NCBI GenBank assembly: GCA_013239625.1 | Contig: MU053556.1 | Location: forward strand, 62,001 to 126,000 | From: Lama guanicoe | Lineage: Eukaryota | Direction of reading: 5' to 3' | Length of the DNA: 64,000 bases | In this document: piece by piece, positions 34,248 through 48,414 of the stretch | Layout: every line of letters starts with the position of its first letter | Numbering within the stretch: position 1 is the first letter of the stretch | Program-made: the position numbers and the translations under genes | Notes under the pieces: generated by a model | What the model was told of the DNA's origin: nothing | Database searches by the model: none | What the model saw: only the letters and a program-made list of their open reading frames with translations

Positions 34248-37200
34248 NNNNNNNNNNNNNNNNNNNNNNNNNNNNNNNNNNNNNNNNNNNNNNNNNNNNN
34301 NNNNNNNNNNNNNNNNNNNNNNNNNNNNNNNNNNNNNNNNNNNNNNNNNNNNNNNNNNNNNNNNNNNNNNNNNNNNNNNNNNNNNNNNNNNNNNNNNNNN
34401 NNNNNNNNNNNNNNNNNNNNNNNNNNNNNNNNNNNNNNNNNNNNNNNNNNNNNNNNNNNNNNNNNNNNNNNNNNNNNNNNNNNNNNNNNNNNNNNNNNNN
34501 NNNNNNNNNNNNNNNNNNNNNNNNNNNNNNNNNNNNNNNNNNNNNNNNNNNNNNNNNTTTTGGTCTAATTTATTAACAGCCATCCTCATCATCATAATGA
34601 CCAAACTCACTGTAAGTGGTCACCTACCTAAGGCTAAAATACCTTCCTCAAGTTTTACTTCATAGCAGGTGTTGGAGGGTAGGTATCAGTGTCTCCGTTT
34701 TTGCAGCTGAGGGATTGAGAGATGGGCCAGCTTGTCCCAAATCACACGCAGCTGGCGGTGGGTAGCTCGGTGCTGGAACCCTGGCTGCACAGGATGCATT
34801 CTTAATTGCTCCTCTAATCATCCTCCCGTTGAGTTGTTTCCCGAACTCCTCTGAGCCCATAAATGACCGATTTTTGTGATCTCAGCCTGATGAGGCCTTG
34901 AAAGGAGAGACACCAATGAGAAAGTGAGACAGAGTGGCATAAGTTAAAATTGTACATTTTCACTAATGTTTTATTTTCAGGTAGTTACTTAAAAATTTAG
35001 TATTTTTTTTAAATTTAGTGCTCTGTAAGCACTAACAGCAAAACATTAAAAGTAATTATAGTGCAAAAGAGAAGTGGGCTTTGAAAATCCAACCATTGCT
35101 AATGATGTTACTTGTTTTTCTCTAGTGGCCCTTATTGTCAGAAATACTTACAAAGACTGAATTGGTTTTATGTAGTCTTAGTATGGAAGAAAAGATTGTC
35201 AGAGACTATTGTACGTAAAATCCTTACTCTTTTCTTTCCTGATGATGAATATGTTAGTTGTTTTCATGGCTTAAGCACATTTCATCATTTGTGAAATTTG
35301 AGTACTATCGTTTACCTTGTCTGACTGTGAGAGTTAGACGCCTTGTATGCAAAGCACCCAAGAGGTGCTTAATAAAAATATGCTGTCACAATGACAGATA
35401 GTTTAGAAGGATCAACTCTGAATACTAAAGAGGGTGGCTTATTTCTGATGCATATTCAATATGTATATATATGATATATAAGAAAATGGTTTAAAGAAAC
35501 AAGGATTCTTTTTTTAGTGCAGTATGAAGTTTTAATGAAATCTGTAACATTCCAGTGAGACAGGGACTAGTTACATTGCCTTAAGCAGATGACCTTGAAG
35601 GTTATTTACTCAGCATATGTATTGTTGCAACTCAGAATTCATGTTGCCGTGTAACCATCCACTCAGACATTTAAATTCGTCTGACTCTGAACAGATCCAT
35701 TAAGTTTAGGAAAGTCCACATTGATCATTTTCAGGGAGTAAGCTTCTCTATTTTGTGATTAAAGAAAATTTTGATTTTTTTTCTGCACTCTTAACAGGTT
35801 TAAAATATCAAAACATTGATTTGACATGTCACTTTTTTAATAGAGAGAATAAAGCTCATGCTGTTTTATTATGTAAATAAATGTTTTTGTATTTCAACAA
35901 ACTTGTATGATTTCCTGGCTCTTTGAGAAGTATTTTGCAAGATACTTAGATAACCTGCTGTTGGAAAAATACAGACGTGACTTTTATGAATGTAGGCGTA
36001 GTACAGATCTGTTGGTTTTTGCTACAGTGCAAGACATGAGGCCTAGGAGAGATTTGCTGCGGATTGCCAGGAGGACAGATCCCAGGTCTCAGTCTCCCCT
36101 CCTGTAAAATGAAGTGGCTGGACTGTATTCTTCCCTCTTTTAAGATGAGTTTCCATGAGCCTATGTCTTCTGTTTATATTCAGGACTATTAGCAATATCA
36201 GATTAAATACTGAATACCCCTCCCTTCCCCCGAATCAAAGTGTAGTATGTGGTACGTAAGCTTTTAGTTACCTGATTCTCGTTTCTCATCCTTCAGGCAA
36301 TTTTTGTGTTGCATCTTTCCCGGCAACCTGGAAGGTCTTTTTAGCCATAGGTGGCACAGATGCACCTTCTTACAGTCTTAATTTTCCTGTTTGTCAAAGA
36401 AGGCTTAAACAACGTGATTTTATTTTGATATCTTTGCTTAACGCTTCAGAATAGCACAATTTCCATTGTGTCTCTCTACGTGGAAAAATTACTCTGCTTA
36501 TATCTTAGTTTTATTCTGTCATCTCGCTGTGAACATTTCAGACTTGCTGTGCAAACAGTGGCAAAATCTGACTTTGCTTCCAGTGTTAGAAACCAGTGAG
36601 CCAGGATTTTCAAAAAGAGCTAGAAGCGGCCTCTGGAACACCTTAAAGGTGAAAAGTGTATTGAGTTCCCTGAGTATTGACCGCGCCGCTGTCTGTTAAT
36701 TGGTGGGAGGTGATTTGGTACATATACGAAGGGGTGTAGTGTTTTGAATTGGGTTTGCGTGCACGTGCTGCCACTGAGCCACGTGAGCCTGAGTCAGTTC
36801 GTTCTGAGTTTTTCCCTCGTCTGTGAGATGGGGACGCTGGTATCTGCTTTGTAGAATTGTGAGAATTAGAAATTATGTAAAGTGTTTCCCACAGTGTGTA
36901 TGTCAAGAGGGCTCTTAAACTTTAGCTGCTGTTTTCTGTGAAGCCATCATTTATGGTCTTTGGCAATGACTAAGAAACAGGAAAATAAGAAAAGCTGGTT
37001 TTATGACGAAAGATATTTGAGGAGGTTCCATAGTTCCTATACCCATAATTAAGCATTTAGCAGAGTTAGAACTGTTACACAGTCGCCCTGAACCAACGTT
37101 AAGCCACAGAATTTTTTGTTACTTTATATATGTTGGGGCTTAAGGGGATCCAATACTTATACACATGTTGTCTCCAGCAGCCAACTGAGAGATGACACAA

Positions 37201-38861
37201 AAGACTAGGCAGGCGATAAATGTGTTCTTTGTTACTGATGAAGCCACGTTCTCCATGAACTTCAGGGCTCTGGGAAAATGCGTGTCATGATTCTGTGTCC
37301 CAGAAGTAGAGACTCACCCTGTCGCAGGTATCTCTGGGCCACAGCGAGCCTTCCCTTGAGAGGATGTGCCCCATCATGCACAGGGCTGTCCTGCCATGGA
37401 GCTGAGCATCCCGGTTGCTTCCCAATGGTGGCCAACACTGGAGGGAAAGTAAGGGTTTCATATGCCTTGCTTGTCTCCCCGGAATCACAACTCACTCTGT
37501 TAGTGTGACGAGGGCTAGCTGTGGGCCAGGGGTCAGGGNNNNNNNNNNNNNNNNNNNNNNNNNNNNNNNNNNNNNNNNNNNNNNNNNNNNNNNNNNNNNN
37601 NNNNNNNNNNNNNNNNGGAACAGAAGTCCCCAAGAGTTTATAAAAGGAGAAATAAGGATTTCCTTTGGGACTTAGTCTAGCCAGGAAACACAGAAGATGA
37701 TTAGAAGGGAGACTTGTAAATCACTTTAATATTAAGTTGACGTTTGTTGAGCATCAAAAATGTGCTGCATTCTTTTCTGAGAGTTTTACAGAAATGAATC
37801 CTTCAATCTTCTCAACAAGCGAGTAAGGAAGGTTTGATTGTTATCCCAGTTTTACAGTGTGGAAATTGAGGCACACAGAGGGTAAGTAATTTGGCCAAAG
37901 TCAGAAAACTAGTAAGTGGCAGAGCTGGTATTTTAACCCTGGCTGTCTGGTTTTGAGGCTCACAGAGATGAGCTTTGGTTGTTTAGATATACCTCTGTGC
38001 TTAGCCCAGAAAGACAGAGAAAGGAGAGTTACACAGGTGCTCACAGTCGAGTATCAGCCACTGTCCACGAAGAGGGCACCGTGATAAGCGTTAATTGTTT
38101 TCCAGGCAGTGCAGTNNNNNNNNNNNNNNNNNNNNNNNNNNNNNNNNNNNNNNNNNNNNNNNNNNNNNNNNNNNNNNNNNNNNNNNNNNNNNNNNNNNNN
38201 NNNNNNNNNNNNNNNNNNNNNNNNNNNNNNNNNNNNNNNNNNNNNNNNNNNNNNNNNNNNNNNNNNNNNNNNNNNNNNNNNNNNNNNNNNNNNNNNNNNN
38301 NNNNNNNNNNGAAACCAGTCGAGCCCATAATTTTTGAGCACGTTGTGGCACTTCTACCCATGCAGTCCTGACTGGAGTATGTCCGCCTTCCGCACTGATT
38401 TCCCCCAACAGCAGGGTCCTATCCCACACCACACCCGGNNNNNNNNNNNNNNNNNNNNNNNNNNNNNNNNNNNNNNNNNNNNNNNNNNNNNNNNNNNNNN
38501 NNNNNNNNNNNNNNNNNNNNNNNNNNNNNNNNNNNNNNNNNNNNNNNNNNNNNNNNNNNNNNNNNNNNNNNNNNNNNNNNNNNNNNNNNNNNNNNNNNNN
38601 NNNNNNNNNNNNNNNNNNNNNNNNNNNNNNNNNNNNNNNNNNNNNNNNNNNNNNNNNNNNNNNNNNNNNNNNNNNNNNNNNNNNNNNNNNNNNNNNNNNN
38701 NNNNNNNNNNNNNNNNNNNNNNNNNNNNNNNNNNNNNNNNNNNNNNNNNNNNNNNNNNNNNNNNNNNNNNNNNNNNNNNNNNNNNNNNNNNNNNNNNNNN
38801 NNNNNNNNNNNNNNNNNNNNNNNNNNNNNNNNNNNNNNNNNNNNNNNNNNNNNNNNNNNNN
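34248..38861. other. Cluster of four assembly gaps (34248-34557, 37539-37616, 38116-38310, 38439-38861)
   Basis: N runs of 310, 78, 195 and 423 nt. Confidence 0.99.
37745..37960 (-). mobile_element. MIR SINE (one clear example of several)
   Basis: Reverse complement of the MIR core: cccagttttacag...gaaattgaggcacacagagggtaagtaatttggccaaagtca...agtaagtggcagagctgg. Confidence 0.8.
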
Positions 38862-39289
38862 TTCCCTGTTTAAAGGATGTGGCACAGTGTAATATATGTG
38901 AGCTGGTTTTTCACTGAACAATTTTTAGTGTTTTCTGGGACTCCCCAGTGCCCCAAGGTTCCATGCAGCTGGGAGTCCCCTCTGTGCAGCTCCGTCAGCG
39001 CTTGCCCTGGGCTGACGCGGTGTCCCGGGGAGCAGGACGGTCAGCGTCCCCGGCTACTCCGAGCTCCGTCTCCTCATCCGCAGGGCCGGGTTTCTCATCC
39101 ATGTCTACTTAGTAGGGTTGCTGAGAATCACACGTGATGGTTATCAGGTGTGATTTCTGGTTGTCTCAGTGATTGGCATATAGTCAATATTTGATAGAAA
39201 CACTTGTTTTTTTATTGTAATTGTGGCTTTTATATTGCAGTGGTTTTTAGTCTGTATTTTTTATAACTTTATTCTTATTTTTAAATATG

Positions 39290-39388
39290 CCCTTATTTTT
39301 ATTTATTTTTTGGAAATACTGGGGACTGAAGCCAGGACATTGTGCATGCTAAACAGGTGCTCTACAACTGAGTAATAGCCACTCTCCT
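39290..39388 (-). mobile_element. Degenerate tRNA-derived SINE
   Basis: tactggggactgaagccaggacattgtgcatgctaaacaggtgctctacaactgag aligns with 22281-22335. Confidence 0.75.
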
Positions 39389-40252
39389 TGTCTGCACTTA
39401 AAAATACACATTGCAATACACAAAAGAGCTCTTAAACACCATCATGGGACCTAGTCTCTGTATAGGCAATTGAACACGTATACTATTTCAATAAGAATAA
39501 ATGTTGTTGGGACATACATTTCTGAATCTGTTAATGTGCTTAAAAACGATCGTAGCTAGTGATAAACACAAGACTTGGATCCAGAACTTCTTAGGGTCTG
39601 TTTTGCCATCATGGGAAATTACATTCTACAGAAAAGGCTAATGGGGTCTCTTTGATATTTGGATGGTTTAGCAGATGATCAAGGCTTTCAAAAGCTGACA
39701 GTTTTGTATTTTAAACTAACTACAAAGTTATCTTCTAGAAGTTGTAAGTCTTAAGCTTTTGAAGTGCCCAGTAATCCAGGGGGTATGTGTCTGTGTCTGT
39801 GTGAACGTTTGTGTGTGTGATTTCAGGAAGGTAGAAATAATTTCCATATAGACTTTGATACCTTTCTCCTCCAGTTCAAGGTATAGGCATATGTTTACAA
39901 AAATAAATTGATTTTCTTTTGTCATTTGGCATATTGGTGGGAATAAGTGGTTCTCATACTTGTTTCTGAAGTGTTGTGGAGCATGAGCTTAGAAAACGGG
40001 AGGAGAAAGAGGCAAGGAGGCACTTCACACTTTATGCAGGATATGAGAAACAGTAGCTTTTCTTTTCTCTTTTCTTCTAAAGCAAACTGGCACTGAAATG
40101 TAACATACTATTACTCAGAATTGCTTTTCTAATCAGATACAAGGGCCTCAGGTTTTTCAAGACAACATGAATGATGAAATGTGTGTTAGCATTTATCTTT
40201 GAAAGTAGTTTTATTTTTCAAGTAAAAGGCTATAGCCTGTTCTTTCTTCCAG

Positions 40253-40279
40253 TGGTACATGAAGTGCTCATTGATCCAG
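40253..40279 (+). pseudogene. TRAPPC9: TRAPPC9-like 27-nt microexon (exon 5)
   Basis: ttctttcttccAG|tggtacatgaagtgctcattgatccag|GTacat encodes VHEVLIDP versus recalled AQEVLIDP; both splice sites intact. Confidence 0.85.
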
Positions 40280-41583
40280 GTACATGATCTATGTGCTTAG
40301 TTTCTTTGGGTTTTTTGTTTTTTTAAGTGCTTGTTTCATTGTTGTGAACATTATGGTGAAACATTATGAATGTTTAAAATTTTTGGATTTTGATCTTTAG
40401 AACATGTTGATTTGTCAGAACTTTTAAAAACCTGATTGTTCTTTGGTCGTAGTTTGGTGGGGCACCCTATTGGTTTCTGCTGTCTGTTAAAGAGTGAAAT
40501 TGTTCCTCTAGCCTGCAGATCATTAAGTGAATGTTTTGCAGTGTGCCTTTAAAATTCATTGAATGCATTGAGCATGTTTGTCCAGTGAATTTTGAATTCA
40601 CTCATAGTATTACTTTGCTTTGGTTCTGTGGCTTTTGCTCCTCTCCACAAGAATTTGAATTCTCTGTTGCATTTTGTATACGTGTTCTTAACAGGGGAAG
40701 ATATTTTGCATTTTTTACAGAGGTGGGTTTTCCCATCCCCTCTGAATGTCTTCTGTAATTGATACAACAAAAATCTGTTATTGCAGTGCTAAATTATTTC
40801 ATAAACTATTTTTTGGCTTAATCGGAAACAATGACAAAGAGTGATAATAAAACATACGAAAACCTTCCTTCCTTTGAAGAATATATATCAGGTGGTTAGG
40901 CTCACGCATGCTTTGTGCCTGACACACTTATTCTCATGTCATTGTGTATCATGATTCGGAGATGGAAATACTTCAGGTTTATAGATTTTTGTTTTAACAT
41001 TTGTGTTGAATTCTTTCTTCAGGCTGATGTTTTGTGTTGGGTTTGTGGAAAGTGTAGAAGAAGGGAAACAAATGCTTTGAGTTTTCAGGAGCCTGAGTTG
41101 CTGATGATAAAAGAATTGAGGGTGGGCTGAGGAAAAGAGTGACACTCCCTCTCCTCCCGGTTGAAATTGATGAAAAATGAAATCAATTAAGTGTATCGGT
41201 ATTTGACCAATAGAAGTTAGCGAGACCAAACTGGCTAGTTATGCACAGTGGAAAGTATTGAATTCAGCTGCAGAATTAAGTGCTTTACCAAGTAGCAGCA
41301 GCTTAGAGCAATGAGAAAAATCAGTCCTATGATGAGCTATAAAAATTATATAATATCTTTTATTTCTGAAACTTTTCTACTTAAATTGTGTAGAGCTAAA
41401 ATTAAGTTTCAAGCACCAGGAGTTAAGAGTGTGGGTGGTTCTGTGGGATCGTTATTCAGGGATGTGCCTAGACCCTGCTAGAGTGGCTGAAGCTGGCAGG
41501 AAATGACCCAAAACCAGGATTTGTCATCCCAGGGTGTTCTCCATAATGGTTCCATTTGGGAGCCCTTGATTGGGTTAACAAAT

Positions 41584-42210
41584 TGTAACAGACCCCAGCC
41601 GCCTGTCAACTTTAAGAAGAAAAAATATGCTTAGTAACTGCTTTGCAAGCAGGGGCCTGTGCATCCTCACTCCTGTCTCCTTGCCTTAAAGAGCAGAGAC
41701 AATGCTTTGCTTGCATAGTTGAGGTTTTAGATAGCACTCTGCTCATTGCAAAGCAAGGACCCAGGACCTCAGCTATAAAAGCTGGGCTTGTGTGCTGTTA
41801 GATAGTCTGTTACCCCCACAACAAGGACCTGGCTGGTCTGGTTGTCTGCTTTGTAATTCACATATCTAAAGAATGTATTTTTTTCCTCTCACCCCATGAC
41901 TTCCCTAAAGATACACTAAGACTATGCACTCCTGGTGGATTCTACAATCTCTGTCTCATACAGACTTTGCCCAAGTTCATGCTTACTATCACACAACTGT
42001 TAATGACTATTTCCTTTGATTAAACACAATAAATATGGGAGAATTTGAGAGGCTCGTGGAGTAGGCTCCCTACTCCCTATCGATTTCTGGACTTTTTCCA
42101 CTGTCTTGAATAATCATTCCGTGTCGGTAAGATTTCTGCCAGCCAGAACTCAGAATTCCAGGTGAGAAGGATGCAGTTTTATCTCTCCTACCGGAGGGAG
42201 AGAGAGAACA
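41584..42210 (+). mobile_element. Probable solo LTR
   Basis: TGTAACA...GAACA ends, TATAAAA near 41775, AATAAA near 42029, near-TSD AAAT/TAAT. Confidence 0.6.
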
Positions 42211-42904
42211 TAATTGAGATCTGCTTCCTTGTGGTTCACCTGCAGCCTTCTGGCCTCTGCTCACAGGGCCTCTATCCCAGGACTGACCACAGCCTTTTCT
42301 TCCCTTGTCAACATTTCCTGTGCCTTTCAGAAGTTGGTCTCTTCTCTACAATTCAACCCTGGCAGATGTGATGGTGGTCAGCGTGCTGGTGGGCAGTCAC
42401 TTGGGGCTCCCAGGAGCCATGCTGATACTCCTGAGTCTCTCATTCGGGATAACAGAACTGTGGAGCACCGGAGGAAGCCCATTCACGCGAGGTCAACACA
42501 GCATTGCATCATTTTCATTTTATTTTTGAATTTTCAGTGGAGTAATTACTTGTAGCAAACTGTTCCAGATTTTCGGCCACCTGCTTTCCTCACCACCATT
42601 CCCTTGTTGGCTCTGGTGCTTGTTTGAAGAACCAGGTTTCTTCTCTGGTCATTTCTAGCAGCTGGGCTTGCCGAATCCTTGATCATCATTTGAAGCAGAA
42701 TGCTTCTTCGTGATGTCAAACTGATTTTCCTATTTGTGAATATTTCATGTACACTCAGCAACTGTTTCAAGTGAAATGCTCTTATCCAATTTCGGTTAAC
42801 TCACATTTGCTGATCTCCTGCTTTCATGCTGAGGGCAGTTTTTCTTCCTGTAATAAAAGCTAGCAATTTGCATTTACTATGGGAAGGTACTGGCCCGAGG
42901 TGGC

Positions 42905-43945
42905 TTTTGTTCTTAACAGTTTTAATACAATTCACCCATTAACATATACAGCGGTTTTTACCCTATGCCGAGAATTGTGCATCCCAGTGAATCTTAGAAC
43001 ATTTTCATCCCCCCAACAGGAAGCCCCGTACGCATAAGCAGTCTTTCCCATTTTCCCCATCCTCCCCCAGCCCCAAGGAGCCACTCTTCTCTCTCTGTGG
43101 ATTTGCCTGTGTTGGACATTTCATGTAAACCGAGTCATTTCAAGTAAATGGAACCGTCTATTGTGACTTCTTTCACACTGAGTAACGTTTTCAATTTTTG
43201 TCCACGTTGCGGCCTGGGTCACTACTCTATGCTTTGCCATTGCTGAATTATATTCCACTGTATGGCTGGGACCCACTGTTTACCCATTCATCAGGTGATA
43301 GGCATTTTTTTTGTTTCTGCTTTTTGGCTGTAATGAATAATGGCGCCGTGAATATTCCTGTAGGAGTTTTTATGTGGACATTTCTTTTCAGTTCTCTTAT
43401 GTGTGTGCCCAGAGAGCAGAATTGCTGGGTCATCCAGAAACCAAACATTTAACTCTCTGAGGCCCTGCCAGGCTGTTTTCCAAAGTGGCCACGCTGTGTT
43501 ACGTCCTCACCAGCAAGGGCTGCGAGCTCCAATTAGTCTGTGTCTTCATTACTGCTTGTTACACTTTTTTAATTATAACCTATTGTAGTGAGTGTGAAGC
43601 GGTTTCTCCTAGTGGTTTTGACTTTATTTCCCTTAAAGCTAAAGATATTGAACATCGTTTGATTGTGCTTATTGGCCATTTGCATATTTTCCTTGAAAAA
43701 TACATTTTCAGATCCATTATTCACTTTTTAATTGAGTTGCCTTTCTATTGTTGAGTTGTAGGAGTTTTTTTCTTATTTGGAGATACAAATTCCTAATCAG
43801 ATAAATGATTTGAAAAAATTTTCTCCTGTGTGTTTTTTTTCACTTTCTGTATGGTGTCCTTTGAAGCAAAGTTTTAAATTTTCATGAACTCCAATTTATC
43901 TCTGTTTTCTTTGTTCCTTGTGCTTTTGGGGTAATATTTAAAATC
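42905..43945 (-). mobile_element. Old L1 (L1MB-like) 3' fragment
   Basis: Antisense L1 3' UTR and ORF2 end; ORF 43248-43448 shows TGIFTAPLFITAK..KCLSPDEW. Confidence 0.8.
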
Positions 43946-45589
43946 CGAGGTATTTTATTTAAACTTTTATATATAAAATAACTTAATTCTTAGGACCGTT
44001 CTAGGAGATGGGTGCTGTTGTTCTTCCCAGTCTGTGGATAGGAGACTGAGATGCAGAAAATTTCACTGACATATCAGTGTTACAGCTACCCAGTGTTGTG
44101 GGAGTTCAGACCCTCATGTTTGTCCCGAGCATCTGTGCTCTTCCCCTCCATGCTCCACTCCTTCCTGGAATCGTTAATGAAAAAGTCTTTCCTTTTTTGA
44201 TTTCTTGTTAGTTTGTTTTCTCATTGGGGACCTCATCACCTCATTTTCTTTGCAGAGGTCAGTGTAGCTTTATTTTAGGTCTCATGTAGGCAGAAGCATT
44301 GCTATCAGTTAACTTCTTTATTACTCACCCTCGAGTGATGATTGTTGCTAGTTGACCCAATCAATTCATGCTTAAGTCTCTCCTGCTCATGACACTAAAA
44401 ACAGTCATGACTTACAGAATGCTCAAAGAAGAAAGTACCTGATTGATTTCATTTTGCTACCCAATCAAACCAATCAAATAAAAACCCCGGTGTTGACACA
44501 GATTATAAGCCCTCCAGAATAGGGTCACTGTCTTCCTTGTGTTTCATTTGTTTGGTCACAGTGTCTGGATAGTGCCTTGCTGTCCAGCAGTTTTGTTAGG
44601 ATACGGTGCTCGTGAATCATTGTAAGGACAGTATTTGGACAACAGACTGTGTTGTTCATTTCACGAGGGAAAAGAGCATATAGAAATACTGCTCAGTTCT
44701 ATTTTAAAATTAAGCTTGGAATTTTGAGAAGAGTTCAAGAAACCATACAAAGCTCTTTTTCACTAACTTTAGATCTATCTTATACACATTATGGTTACAT
44801 AGCAGAGTAACTTATCAACTAAATTTGACAAGAAGAGTGTATTATTGATTATTTGTTTTAGTTGAAATATTCTACCTGGGATAAAGTAATCAGTGCCCAT
44901 AAATGAACAAATATGTTTGTATTTCTATGCAACATGGGAGCAGACTTCATATGTTTCTATATAATATATATGACTGTGTGTTTTAATCTGTCTGTCAGTG
45001 TTTTTATGCTTTTTCAGCAATGTTGTAACTTTAGAATTCTTCTAAGAAAATCACCGCCGATTCTAGTGCAGTTTGTACAGTGTATCCTGTCTTATGCATG
45101 GGATTCCACTGTCCCTTCAGTGAGGAATTTCCTCTCCTATTGAGTCAGTAGCAGAGTTAAAGGAACTGTGATTTCTAGGCCTTTGCTCTCCATGTGTTTG
45201 CAGTTGGCTGTCAATCACAGTTTTCCCTTTCTTGAGTTTTCATTGTTAAATTAGAATTATGGAAATAACTATTAATATGTTGCATCGGTCTCCATAGAAA
45301 CTTGATGTGTTTGTGCTTTTCAGTTTTCAATTTATGAAAAATTTAAACGCACTTTTTTTTAAGTAGTCCTTTCTCACTAGATATTTGTTTAACTCTTTAT
45401 AGTTAAAATATTGTTTTCCCAATGAATGAATCGGTGTGCATGTTTTCAAAGATACGTTACTTTTTAGTTTTCATATTGTAACAGTTATATTCATTGTAGA
45501 GAATTTGGAAAATAAGGATAAAAACAATAATAACTTAAAGATGGCCTCTAACCTCACCTGGAGATACAGTTGTAAGGTTTGATATTGAG

Positions 45590-45860
45590 AATTACAGGTC
45601 CTCTCATGTTGTTCTTCTTCTTCAAGTATGTTTTTGTCACTTAGACCTTCGAATTCCCATATGAATTGTAGCAGCAAGCTGTCAGTTTCTGCAGAGGAGC
45701 CTGCTGGGATAGTGATCGAGACCACGTTGAATGTATGGATCGCTCTGGGGAGCACTGCCATTTCAAGAGCGCTTTCTTCTGATCCAGGAATGTGCGTGGT
45801 GTGTCTGTCCAGGTATTTAGGTCTTCTTTAATTTTTTTCAGCAATGCGTTGAGTTTACAG
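45590..45860 (-). mobile_element. Old L1 ORF2 fragment
   Basis: ORFs read LKKIKEDLNTW and MAVLPRAIHTFNVVSITIP...LLLQFIW, both L1 ORF2-like. Confidence 0.75.
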
Positions 45861-48293
45861 AGTATTATTTTACTTGTTTTTCTTTGCCTTTATACTGAGG
45901 ACAAGTGTGCAAGGTACCGGGATCAGAAGTGTATTTGAGCCCCGCCACTTGCTGCCACCATGGACGCTGCGCTCTTGCTTTGCCCTCTGTAAAATCTTCC
46001 ACAAAATAAGACCTCAGTAACTCTCTCTTGAATGAATGATTATATGATTGTTGGATGATACTTGAGAGTCCTTGTGATGATGTCTTTTTCTCAGCCTTTC
46101 CCCTCTTCTTAACTATGCCCTTTCTCTTCCTTTCCTCCAGCCTGGTTTTCAGCCTGCCTGTGGCATTGATTTTCCCTGTCTGTAGACTCTTCCTTTCACT
46201 GGTACATGATAATGTTACATGGGGGCTGTGGAAACTTGCTAGATATCAAGAAAGAGCAAATCCATTGCATGCTAGTATTTTTAGACTGTGGTATTTTTTA
46301 TCGATTGAAATTAAATGAGTCACACCACCTGAGCCCTCCCGTGAGCTCTTTTCGCCTTCCTACAGGTGATACTGCTCTTGTTGCTGCATGTGCCCTGCCC
46401 CCAGCCTTGGTTTTGGAATTGAGAAAGTCACCCTCAGTGGAGCCCTCTCTTTAAAAGATGAAGAGAACATTTGCTCCTTCTCCCTCGTTGGGGACTTGGA
46501 TGAGATGAGGTACCAGATAAAGAATGGAGCCCCTCCTCATTCTGACCCCTGCTCTTTCCGTTCCTTTCTCCAGGGGAAAAGAGTACAATTGAACAGTATA
46601 AAATTGATTGTGAGCTAATGAGATAGACAAGACAACCGAACATTAATTAAATATCCTTTCATGCCGGAAACAAATGAATTATACACACAAAAAGCACATA
46701 AATCACGGTAGTACTGTGGTTACAAACATGGGTCCGAGTTCGAGTCCTGCTCTGGAGTGACCAGCCCTGTGAGTTGGAGAACTGGTAGGTCGGCTTAGCC
46801 TCTCCCGGACTTGTTTTCTGTCCTGCAGAGACGGGGCTCGCTAGGCGTCCCTCCCCCGTAGAGGTGCTGAGGGGTGTAAATGATGCGCGTGGGCAGCCCG
46901 AGCACAGCTGCTCGTTCCTCATAAGTGCAGGATAGAATGGATTTGCGGAGACGGCTTTATGACCGCCCCGTGTAGACTCTCAGTGCTCCAAAGGGATGCC
47001 TTGTGGTTTGGAGGTGGGATTCCCACTTCTGTAAATACTCAAGGATTGTGTTATTTGGCCCTGCTTATTTGAATGTATTCTTTAGTAAGTACATATTGTA
47101 GATATATTTTTCAAGCATGCATGCTTTTTTCTTTTATTATTTATATTTCTACCCTCTCGTCTCTTGGTGTGACATTTCATGGAATCCAAGAAACAGTCCT
47201 AAGCTACCTGCCTCTTCACACTTCTCCATGGTGGTTTTCTTCCCAGACTAGAAGAGGGTTTTGCATAGGAAATTTTCTTTGTTCCCCTTTTCTTGGAGTC
47301 TCTCTGTCTGTCTGCCCATCTCTCACCTGTCCATCTGTCCATTTCTCTACCCACTCGTTCTTCTGACTTGTTCCAAGAAGCATTTCAGGCAGCTTAGAGA
47401 AGAACAGATACCAAATAAGCAGGTGAGAAAATAGGGCCAAGTTCAGACAGTGAGGCTAGGAGGCGAGCCTGTTTGAGGGTTGCAGACGTGAGACACACAC
47501 CTCTGCCCTGTCATTTATAAGATGGACACAAGAGTGTGCCTGAGGCTCCCACCAGACACAGGGTAACAGAGTTTATGGGAAATGCTCACTGGCTGTGAAA
47601 TAAATAAGTGGCTTAGGAGAAGCCCAGTCTTTCCTGCTGCTAAGGCTTAGGAGAATATTTTGACTGTCTTCCAAATTCAGAGTATTTCATCGTTTCTTTT
47701 GTCAGAGTTCTATGTATAGTTGGTTACATTCTTTATCTGGAAATTTCTCCAAAACTGCTTCCCACGTGAGTCCCATGGCTCAGGAATGGGGTGATTCTGC
47801 TCATTGACCAGGGTTGGCCAGAAACAGAAAATGACAGCCTCAAAGGAGCCTGCGATTTCTCAGTTATGTTTTGTCAGTGCTGTACATTTCAGAGAATGCT
47901 TTCACAGTTTCTCTCCATCTGAGGCGGCAGCGTGCTCTTACCAGCATCAGGAGCTCAGGGCCACGGGATGGTGGGTGCTGACTGCACTGCCGTCAAGACA
48001 GCTAAGGTAGTCACTGCAGGCGTGGTGCTTTTACGTAGTGTGTTTCATGTTCTTTAATAGAAGGTTTCAACAGGGAGTTAATTGAGTTAATTAACATTTA
48101 ATAAATATGATGCTGTTTTAAAAGACAGTTATAGGCAGAATATAAGCTGTGTAGACTTTAAAAACGGTTTCATTTCTGAAATTTCAGTAGGGAAGGTTCA
48201 CAGTTTATCTTATTTATGCCTCTCTTATAAAGTAACAAAGAAACAAGACAGAAAAAGCAGAGGATGATTTCTGTTCTTCGTCTCGGCTTGCAG

Positions 48294-48414
48294 GTGCCCC
48301 TACCTCCAGTGGCATCCATCCAGACACCAGCAGTGACACTGGCCGTGCTCAGAACTGCCTCAGCCCTGAAGGCACAACTGACAAATAGAAGGGGACCGCG
48401 TCCTGTTACAGCAG
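48294..48414 (+). pseudogene. TRAPPC9: TRAPPC9-like exon 6
   Basis: cttgcAG|GAPTSSGIHPDTSSDTGRAQNCLSPEGTTDK*KGTASCYS|GT versus recalled [41 protein letters not shown]; in-frame TAG at 48386-48388. Confidence 0.9.

Noticed and set aside
34239..38921. Long ORFs containing X runs
   Set aside because: Artifacts of N gaps.
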